Assembly (NCBI GenBank): GCA_003345595.1
Contig: PRDI01000110.1
Coordinates: forward strand, 1-63,836
From: Candidatus Thorarchaeota archaeon
GTDB taxonomy: Archaea > Asgardarchaeota > Thorarchaeia > Thorarchaeales > Thorarchaeaceae
Direction of reading: 5' to 3'
DNA length: 63,836 nt
Shown: piece by piece, positions 57,083 through 63,836 of the stretch
How the letters are laid out: every line of letters begins with the position of its first letter
How positions within the stretch are numbered: position 1 is the stretch's first letter
Translations under genes and position numbers: made by a program
The notes under the pieces: model-generated
Told to the model about the DNA's origin: nothing
Databases searched by the model: none
Seen by the model: only the letters and a program-made list of their open reading frames with translations

Positions 57083-57401
57083 ATACTACCTTATTCCCTT
57101 CAGTCTCCTCGACCTCAATCCTGGCGCAGTGTGGAATCTCCTCGTAGAGGTACTTCGCGATGTTCTCCGCCGTCGGCTGGACGACGAAATCATTGAGGTT
57201 GGCATGGTCGAACTTGTTGACGATCTTCTTGATGTCAGTGAAGTCTACGACCATGCCGTTGACGTCTAGGCCATCATCCTTAACGCGGCAAACAACTGTA
57301 ATTCGCCAATTATGTCCATGAAGACTAGAACACCTGGACTCGTAGTTCAAGTTAAGATGATGAGCCCCAGCCACAGTCATCGTCTTGTGAACCTCGTACA
57401 T
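57063..57401 (-). CDS. queD: 6-carboxytetrahydropterin synthase
   Basis: AHHL, CSSLHGHNW, GMVVDF, DHANLN, PTAENIA, ETE. Confidence 0.93.
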   Translation of the reverse strand: MYEVHKTMTVAGAHHLNLNYESRCSSLHGHNWRITVVCRVKDDGLDVNGMVVDFTDIKKIVNKFDHANLNDFVVQPTAENIAKYLYEEIPHCARIEVEETEGNKVVYEPDRD

Positions 57402-57422
57402 TCCCTTTCTTCTCCTTCGATA

Positions 57423-57455
57423 TATTATTGGTCTTGGCGACCAATAGTTTGAAAA
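57423..57455 (-). promoter_or_regulatory. Conserved phage promoter-like motif, copy 2
   Basis: TTTTCAAACT-N10-AAGACCAATAATA directly before the queD RBS. Confidence 0.65.
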
Positions 57456-57459
57456 CTTG

Positions 57460-58902
57460 TCAGTCCTTGCCGTTCGGTGGCTTGGGCAGGATGACGTCCT
57501 TCTGCAACCTGGAGTCAAGGCACACCTGACCAAGATCTAGGCATTGCAGCACCACTACCTTCCTCCCTCCTGTTCTATCGTCGCGCTCGACGAGCTGTTG
57601 AATCCGAATTACACCAACATCTCGTTCCACTCTAGTCTGGTTGATCGAGATCAGCTTCGAGACGTGAGCAATCTTGCGTATGTCTTCTGCTATGTCCTTC
57701 TCCGCCGCGTCAGCATCGAAGGCGGCTCGACCTGCCTGAGAAGCTGTCACGACCAAGGCATTCCTCTCCTGGGCGATCCTCCTAAGGCTCTTCCAGATCT
57801 CGTCGAGCTGTTGACGATACTCGCCCCTGTAGTTCCCCGTCGGGGCGATCAGATCCGCGTAGTCCACGACGATCACGTCTGGGGCAAACTCGTCGTAGTA
57901 GAGCAAGTTGTCAAGATGGGCCTGGATATCATTCACCGTCGCCGAATAGGCAGGAAGGGAGAAGATGCGGATGTTGCCGGAACGGAATTGCCGCCGGAAG
58001 CCCCTCTGCTTTGTCGCCACCTTCGTCAAGTCGATAGTGTTGTATTCCTTCTCCCGAGTCTCAATCCTCCATGGACCCTCCTCGCCGTCACGATCGAAGT
58101 ATGGGATCTCGATCATCCGCTTGAGCTGGGTCTCCTTCCTGCGGCGGGGCATCCCGGTCAGAGAGGTCCAGGAGCGGCGGATCACCTGGTTCGACGTCAT
58201 CTCCAGGTTGAAGACAACGGCGCGGAAGCCGTGATACGTCGCCATCTGCGCGGTGTACCACTCCCACCAGGACTTCCCCCTCTTCGCAGCTGCGAGGTAG
58301 GCGATCAGATCGCCCCTGGTGAAGGTTCCGACCTCATCGCCCAGGACGCCGGGGAAACGGAAGAGTGCATCTTCTTCTTCCAGGAAGGCCGTCGTCACCG
58401 CCACTGTGTCCTCGAACATCGAGACACCCTTGTCCCTCGGCGTCTCAACGCGACGGAAGTTCGCGACCTCCTGCTCCGCCTTCACTGAATCCTTGTTCAG
58501 CAGGCAGACATCTAGGTTCTCTTTCAAGCGCTTCACCGACTGGAGCTTCAGGTAGGTGATCGCGTTCTTGACGATGAAGTCGATGTTGTCCTTGTCCCCG
58601 GCTACGTCTCCGTCCTTGTACTGGTCGGAGAGCCGAACGAGGAACTCAGAGACGAGCTCCGTGTCGTCTTCATCTCTGATCTGGGAACTGTTCTTCTGGT
58701 ACAACTCCTGGATGTGTTTCCCTGGGGCCTCTCGGTATTCCTTGTAGTACTCCAAGACCCATTTGACGACGATCCTCGCGTACGAGGACTCCAAGTACTC
58801 CGGCTGCAACGCGACACTGACATCGCGAAGGAACCTGCTAGATGTGATCGCATAGGTTACAATCTGACGCTCAGACGATGCGTCAATTTCCTTCGCCTTC
58901 AA
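57460..58902 (-). CDS. DnaB-like replicative helicase
   Basis: AAKRGKS, NLEM, VVDYADL, TASQ, AEDIRK. Confidence 0.85.
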   Translation of the reverse strand: MKAKEIDASSERQIVTYAITSSRFLRDVSVALQPEYLESSYARIVVKWVLEYYKEYREAPGKHIQELYQKNSSQIRDEDDTELVSEFLVRLSDQYKDGDVAGDKDNIDFIVKNAITYLKLQSVKRLKENLDVCLLNKDSVKAEQEVANFRRVETPRDKGVSMFEDTVAVTTAFLEEEDALFRFPGVLGDEVGTFTRGDLIAYLAAAKRGKSWWEWYTAQMATYHGFRAVVFNLEMTSNQVIRRSWTSLTGMPRRRKETQLKRMIEIPYFDRDGEEGPWRIETREKEYNTIDLTKVATKQRGFRRQFRSGNIRIFSLPAYSATVNDIQAHLDNLLYYDEFAPDVIVVDYADLIAPTGNYRGEYRQQLDEIWKSLRRIAQERNALVVTASQAGRAAFDADAAEKDIAEDIRKIAHVSKLISINQTRVERDVGVIRIQQLVERDDRTGGRKVVVLQCLDLGQVCLDSRLQKDVILPKPPNGKD

Positions 58903-60547
58903 CCTCTGCCTCCTCCCCTTTTAGATAGTCCTCAAGCAGATTGGCCAGAAGATCGGTGTCCTGGACCTCCTTCCCATCCAGGAGTTTCTTCACGACTGCT
59001 CGGTTCGTGTCCAAGTGCTTGATGATCTTGTTCTCGATCGTCCCGTTCGCGGTCAGGAAGTAGACGTTGACCGTGTCCTTCTGCCCGATACGATGGCAGC
59101 GGTCGGCCGGCTGGTCGATGTCTGCGTTGGTCCAGGGGAACTCCAAGAAGGCGACTGCCGAAGACGCTGTCAAGGTGATCGCCACGCCTGCCGCTACGTC
59201 TTGGCCGATGAACAACTTGACGAGTGGATCCTTCTGGAACTGCTGTTCGATCGCCTTCCGGTCTTCGGGCTTTGTCTTCCCGTCAATCCTGACCGAGATA
59301 TCCTTGAACTCGCGCTCGATGTCGTCTAGGACGTGAAGGTGAATGGCAAAGACGACGAGCTTTTGCCCGGTGGCGAGGAACTCTCTCATCCACCTCAGGA
59401 TGGAGTTCCGCTTCGCCAAGTAGGCGAGCTGCTTCAGATGTTCGACCTGGTTCTTGGCCTCAGCCGAACCCTTCTTCGACAAGTTGTCCTTGACCCACTC
59501 GCGGAACTCCTTGTCCGCGTTCTCGTAGGTGGCAAACTCGACGGCTTCGCATTCGAGCGGAACGACTTGCTTCAGCTTCGGCGGCAGGTCGGGAAGCACT
59601 TCCGCTTTCTCGCGGCGGAGCATCAACGGCTCGATCAGACGGCGGAGTTCGTCCTGGTTGGATGCTCCCTTGAACGTCCAACCGAAGCCGTTGTGCCGCG
59701 GATCGCAGTACCTCTGGAGGTAGGCCCACTGGTTCGAGAACACCTTCGGCTCCGTCAGGTTCAGGACGGTGAAGAACTCGTAGGGGTAGGACTTGATCGG
59801 CGTGCCCGAGAGGAAGATCTTCTTCTTGACGTGCTTGGCAACGCGGACGAAGGCTTTAGTCCTCTGGGCCTTCGTATTCGAGATGTACTGGACCTCGTCG
59901 CCGATGACGATCTGGATGCCCAAAGTAGAGATCACCTCCTCCCAGTCCTTTAGGATGTCATAGTTGATAATGTACAAGGGGCGTTCGCCTCGGAGGTTGG
60001 ACGTCGTCCTCGTCGACAAGACTGCGATCTCTGACTTCCTGACCTTCAGCCACTGCCGAGCCGCGTCGAACCAGACATACTTGGCAACGGCAGGACAGAC
60101 GACAAGGGCCGGACGGACCTCTGGATGGATCTTCAGGTACCCCAGGGCCTGCACCGTCTTCCCCAGGCCCATCTCGTCTCCAATGACGCCTACCCCATCG
60201 CGTCCTTCCAGGAACCTGACTCCTTCGACTTGGTAGGGAAAGAAACCAACGAGCTTAGACTCGTCGATCTGTACGGCTGAGAGTGTTGACTTGGCCGGGA
60301 CAATGAACGTCTTCGGAGCTGCCTCGCTCATGAGCTCTCGAACTGGATTAGTGAAAGTGAATCCCAAGTCCTTCAAGTACTCAAGATTCTTCTTCGTTGG
60401 CAAGGCATTCCACGCGTTCGCCTTCGAGTTCCAGGTCCGGCCTTCCACTCCGTTCTTCACCTTATCCAGAAGCTCGAAGAATTCCTTTTGGGACTCGAGC
60501 CGAAATCGGATGACTAAGATATTGTAATCGATATCAACTACTTTCAC
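58883..60547 (-). CDS. SNF2/HARP-like helicase
   Basis: GDEMGLGKT, DEVQ, LSGTP, QPADRCHRIGQ. Confidence 0.9.
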   Translation of the reverse strand: MKVVDIDYNILVIRFRLESQKEFFELLDKVKNGVEGRTWNSKANAWNALPTKKNLEYLKDLGFTFTNPVRELMSEAAPKTFIVPAKSTLSAVQIDESKLVGFFPYQVEGVRFLEGRDGVGVIGDEMGLGKTVQALGYLKIHPEVRPALVVCPAVAKYVWFDAARQWLKVRKSEIAVLSTRTTSNLRGERPLYIINYDILKDWEEVISTLGIQIVIGDEVQYISNTKAQRTKAFVRVAKHVKKKIFLSGTPIKSYPYEFFTVLNLTEPKVFSNQWAYLQRYCDPRHNGFGWTFKGASNQDELRRLIEPLMLRREKAEVLPDLPPKLKQVVPLECEAVEFATYENADKEFREWVKDNLSKKGSAEAKNQVEHLKQLAYLAKRNSILRWMREFLATGQKLVVFAIHLHVLDDIEREFKDISVRIDGKTKPEDRKAIEQQFQKDPLVKLFIGQDVAAGVAITLTASSAVAFLEFPWTNADIDQPADRCHRIGQKDTVNVYFLTANGTIENKIIKHLDTNRAVVKKLLDGKEVQDTDLLANLLEDYLKGEEAEVEGEGN

Positions 60548-61440
60548 AATAGCTCTCCTACCTTCCGTCTCACTCGTTCAGCCATCCGCTCCGAAAACTC
60601 CGCCGGGTCCTTGTTCGTCTCGATGTCCGCGACGATGACCTTCTTAACGCCGAGGGATGAGAGCTGCATCCCGTACTTCTCTGCCCTGGCCTGTGCCTCG
60701 GGCTCTGAGTCGAAGAGGAAGACCACTTTGTCGTAGAAGGAGAGGAGTCGAATCTGCTGGTCAGTGAAGGTCGTTCCGAGACCGGCGCAGTAGTCATCAC
60801 CCATGCGCCAGCAGTCGAACGGACCCTCGACAACACCCACCCAGTCCTTCTTGCAGTTATCCAAGTTGTACAGGACGTGCTTAGGATTAATGACACTTTC
60901 CTCGACACTGCAAGTCTTGTAGCGGATAACTTGCTTTCCAGTGATGTCGCGACCACTGAACGAGACGAGTTGGCCATGATATATTATGGGTACCATCAAC
61001 CGGAGTTTGAAACTTCCCACAGGACCAGTCCCTTTGACCTGGTACTTCGTCGAGATGTAGTCAGGATCGAATCCGCGGCCCAGAAGGTACCGGCGATGGA
61101 ACTTGCCAAGCTCTTCACCTGGCATGTCCACCTTCTTCGCCTTCGCGACCTTCTTGTCGTTGAGGTGCTGAAGAATCGTCGTCCTTGACGAATAATCATC
61201 GTAGATGTCGATGGCTTCGTGTTCAGGGACGCGAAGAAGCTCTTGGATGTAGGCAATGACTCGGTGGCCCCCGCACTTCCAGCAGTTGTAGTACCCTTTA
61301 GCAAGATTGAAACCACCGTGGTTGGAATGGTCGTAGCAAAACGGACACCTGACACCAACCCATCCTCTCTGTACGTTGGCACCTTCCTCGAAGTACTGGA
61401 TACCGTTGTCGCGGAGAAAGGCGATAACATCAAAGACCAT
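60544..61440 (-). CDS. DNA primase (zinc finger plus Toprim)
   Basis: CPFC..H..CWKC, VVEGPFD, LFDSE, KDPAE. Confidence 0.85.
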   Translation of the reverse strand: MVFDVIAFLRDNGIQYFEEGANVQRGWVGVRCPFCYDHSNHGGFNLAKGYYNCWKCGGHRVIAYIQELLRVPEHEAIDIYDDYSSRTTILQHLNDKKVAKAKKVDMPGEELGKFHRRYLLGRGFDPDYISTKYQVKGTGPVGSFKLRLMVPIIYHGQLVSFSGRDITGKQVIRYKTCSVEESVINPKHVLYNLDNCKKDWVGVVEGPFDCWRMGDDYCAGLGTTFTDQQIRLLSFYDKVVFLFDSEPEAQARAEKYGMQLSSLGVKKVIVADIETNKDPAEFSERMAERVRRKVGELL

Positions 61441-61894
61441 TCGACTTCTTCCTCGCCCGAAGCTTGAGTGCTTTACTAAGAAGTCCCTTGTTCTGGTAGA
61501 TTTTGAAATCTACTTTGTACCCGCATGTCCTCGAGTAAAAGATAAAACCAGGCGAGGGAGAACGCCCATACCAAGGGTAGTCGGAGCAGACGAGAGGTCG
61601 CTTATCGTAAACCGTGCAAATCGCTCCCTCAGGACTATCAACAAGAGCCAAACAAGAGTAGATGTAACCATGACATCCTTCGATGAAATGACCCCGGCCC
61701 TCGACATACTCACGAATTTCAAGCAGGCTAAAGTGACCAGGATTGATCTTCATCGCCTCGTCCAAGGTGAGAGGCTTCCACATTTTCATGTAGTCAAAAG
61801 AGTAGGGATCGGCATCCTTGAAATCTTTTAAGCGCTCTGGTGCGATAGGGACTATTAAGGCACGGCAACACATCCCACACCTCATGCAACTCAC
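61430..61894 (-). CDS. YkgJ-family CxxCxxCC cysteine-cluster protein
   Basis: CMRCGMCC..CLAL..CTVYDKRPLVCSDYP; GTGA overlap. Confidence 0.8.
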   Translation of the reverse strand: MSCMRCGMCCRALIVPIAPERLKDFKDADPYSFDYMKMWKPLTLDEAMKINPGHFSLLEIREYVEGRGHFIEGCHGYIYSCLALVDSPEGAICTVYDKRPLVCSDYPWYGRSPSPGFIFYSRTCGYKVDFKIYQNKGLLSKALKLRARKKSNGL

Positions 61895-62664
61895 TTCTTC
61901 GCCTCCTTCAAGGCTGCTTCGAGCTCCTTGAGATTGGACATCGCTGCCTGGATCCTCATCAAGATCTCTTCGCTCGAGCCGTTCTTGTAATGCTCGAGCT
62001 GACGGTACAAGCTCCACTTCGGCGCCTTGGGATCGAGGCCAAGATCCTTGATCTTCTGCCCGATCTCTTCCAAGGACTCGATCCTCGCCTTGAGTCGATC
62101 ATTCTCCTCTTGTACTGTCTCCGTGTACTTCTTGATCTCCACGGCCAGGGCCTTGCTCACGCGGCGACCTAAGTAACGGTCGACTTCTCTCTTCTCAATC
62201 CAGATCTTCCAGAACTCAGTCTGATCGACTTCGAGCTGGGCCTCAGTAGTGATCTGAGTCCTGCACATCAAGATGTAGCGGTAGAGCATGATCGGGTCGT
62301 CTATCTGCCGGTGCTGGGCTCGCTTCTTGATGATCAAACGGTTCCCCGTCCCCGTGACCTGAAGCCAGCCAGCTTCAAGTGGGAGCTCCGAGGCGAACTT
62401 GACCACGCCCGGGGGACAAACGACGAAGAAGTCATTGCAGAGAGGGATGTAGTCAGACATTTTCTGATCGGCCAAGAAGTCCGATCGTGAGACCTTGATC
62501 TCGTAGCCGATGGTGTTGAAAGACGACCACGACTTCTTCATCACCCAAGCATCGAGGCGGCGATGATGGCTTGTCCATGTCGGACCGTTCTTGCATTCAG
62601 GAACGAACAAGTCCTCCGCGTGCCTCTGCCGAAGAAGCTCAACGATATCGCGTGAAGTCATCAC
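61891..62664 (-). CDS. MmcB-like PD-(D/E)XK nuclease
   Basis: RRLDAW..GYEIKVSRSDFLAD.K...CNDFFVVCP. Confidence 0.75.
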   Translation of the reverse strand: MMTSRDIVELLRQRHAEDLFVPECKNGPTWTSHHRRLDAWVMKKSWSSFNTIGYEIKVSRSDFLADQKMSDYIPLCNDFFVVCPPGVVKFASELPLEAGWLQVTGTGNRLIIKKRAQHRQIDDPIMLYRYILMCRTQITTEAQLEVDQTEFWKIWIEKREVDRYLGRRVSKALAVEIKKYTETVQEENDRLKARIESLEEIGQKIKDLGLDPKAPKWSLYRQLEHYKNGSSEEILMRIQAAMSNLKELEAALKEAKK

Positions 62665-62671
62665 CGGCGCC

Positions 62672-63103
62672 TCAGAGGATGATTTCGTATAAGCCTTGGT
62701 CTAGATGAGGTACGAGCTTGATCTCCTCATGCCACTTGATCTTCTCGACGATAGCACTGATCGATACCTTGCTCTGAATCACTGCTGACTCGTCGAGGAG
62801 GAGCATCTTCCAGTTGCCAGCCCCGAGGTCGAATGAACGGGAGATGATAACCCAAGGGAAAACTACGATCTTCTCCTTCTCGAGTAGATAGCGAGCGACA
62901 AACATAGCATTCATGGTAATCGAGACGTCTGAGTTCTTCGCACAGAGCTCTTTGAACTTCTCCACGCGATCTGGACATTCCAGATAAGTCTCAGTAATCC
63001 ACTGCCTCTGCCAGTCAGCGAGGTACAAGGACATGTAGTCGTAAAGATCAAACACGCTCATCTCCGCCCCCCCTGACTGATTCTCCAAAACCTGATTGAC
63101 CAT
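62672..63103 (-). CDS. Hypothetical protein
   Basis: Packed ORF. Confidence 0.55.
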   Translation of the reverse strand: MVNQVLENQSGGAEMSVFDLYDYMSLYLADWQRQWITETYLECPDRVEKFKELCAKNSDVSITMNAMFVARYLLEKEKIVVFPWVIISRSFDLGAGNWKMLLLDESAVIQSKVSISAIVEKIKWHEEIKLVPHLDQGLYEIIL

Positions 63104-63836
63104 TCAGTCCTCCTTCTGCGTGACAATATAATCTGCGTACCTAGGCCAGGCTGCTTTGTAGCTGGCAACCGATCCCAAAGACACGTAAATACATCGTCCG
63201 CTTTTGTTTTCGTCAAAAGCAGAATTGCCCAAGGCTGGCACGCTCGTGGCGTTTATCGTGACTGATGTCAAGCTCGTGCAGCCATAGAAGGCGGTATCCC
63301 CAATGCTGGTCACAGAATCAGGAATCGTAATCGATACTAAGCCTTCGCAGCCATAGAAAGCATCATCCCCGATGCTGGTCACTGAATCGGGAATCGTAAT
63401 CGATACTAGGCCTTCGCAGCCATAGAAGGCATCATCCCCAATACTGGTCACTGAATCAGGGATGGTGATCGATGTCAGGCTCTTGCAGCACGCGAAGGTG
63501 TCATTCCCAATGCTGGTCACAGAATCGGGGATCGTGACTGATGTTAGTCTCTCGCAGCACGCAAAAGCTGATTTCCCAATGCTGGTCACTGAATCAGGGA
63601 TCGTGACCGATACGAGGCTTGTGCACCACGCAAAGGCGTAACTCCCAATGCTGGTCACCGAATCGGGGATGGTGACTGATGTTAGACTGTCGCAGCCATA
63701 GAAGGCGTCATTCCCAATGCTAGTCACGGAATCGGGGATGGTGATCGATTTTAGGCTTGTGCACCACGCAAAGGCGTACTCTCCAATGCTAGTCACTGAA
63801 TCAGGAATCGTGACTGATGCAAGGCTCTTGCAGTCA
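63104..63836 (-). CDS. BspA-type (LRR_5) leucine-rich repeat protein, 5' end outside window
   Basis: 23-aa repeats LTSVTIPDSVTSIGxxAFxxCxx; C-cap IYV..SVASYKAAW..YADYI. Confidence 0.9.
   Translation of the reverse strand, partial: DCKSLASVTIPDSVTSIGEYAFAWCTSLKSITIPDSVTSIGNDAFYGCDSLTSVTIPDSVTSIGSYAFAWCTSLVSVTIPDSVTSIGKSAFACCERLTSVTIPDSVTSIGNDTFACCKSLTSITIPDSVTSIGDDAFYGCEGLVSITIPDSVTSIGDDAFYGCEGLVSITIPDSVTSIGDTAFYGCTSLTSVTINATSVPALGNSAFDENKSGRCIYVSLGSVASYKAAWPRYADYIVTQKED

Noticed and set aside
61305-61314. GATTGAAAC in the primase gene as a second CRISPR repeat
   Set aside because: It lies within coding sequence and has no stem or GTCG 5' end
11000-63000. Apparent abundance of GATC and TCGA as a footprint of the modification target
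   Set aside because: Codon usage (ATC, GTC, GAC, GAG) could explain it, and it cannot be assessed without a Markov-corrected count
193-63103. All plus-strand ORFs in the track
   Set aside because: They are antisense shadows of well-supported minus-strand genes and show no recognisable motifs
1-63836. Diversity-generating retroelement, tRNA genes or integrase
   Set aside because: No reverse transcriptase, adenine-specific TR/VR pair, cloverleaf or recombinase was recognised by eye

Overview
The window is one continuous piece of a tailed phage genome with a contractile tail. Its head and tail modules resemble SPO1/Herelleviridae, and its terminase is lambda-gpA-like. All credible genes are on the minus strand. 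In transcription order (right to left) it carries: (1) a BspA-type LRR gene; (2) a replication/recombination module (primase, SNF2 helicase, DnaB-like helicase, beta-clamp-like protein, UDG-PolA fusion, DnaX-like loader, UvsY/SSB/RecA, resolvase); (3) interleaved with it, a complete 7-deazaguanine DNA-modification cluster (queD, queE, folE, queC, queF, dpdA, YhhQ-type transporter); (4) a lytic transglycosylase, TerS, a GIY-YIG endonuclease, an AT-rich island, TerL and portal; (5) an ~8 kb block of putative internal head proteins, then protease, scaffold and major capsid; (6) neck, sheath, tube, chaperones, tape measure, baseplate, and a very long 17-aa-repeat tail fibre that runs off the left edge. 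The strongest leads are: a capsid-loaded effector cassette with two paralogous HipA/PI3-4-kinase-like proteins that share an N-terminal module and LxK-[AS] protease sites; a glycosyltransferase inside the preQ1 cluster plus an apparently split DpdA; a solitary type I-C CRISPR-repeat mimic between folE and queC; three integron attC-like sites punctuating small genes; a prfB-like +1 frameshift cassette in the tail chaperone gene; and a Com-like zinc finger beside a promoter-proximal attenuator hairpin. All family calls come from motif recognition by eye; no database searches were run.
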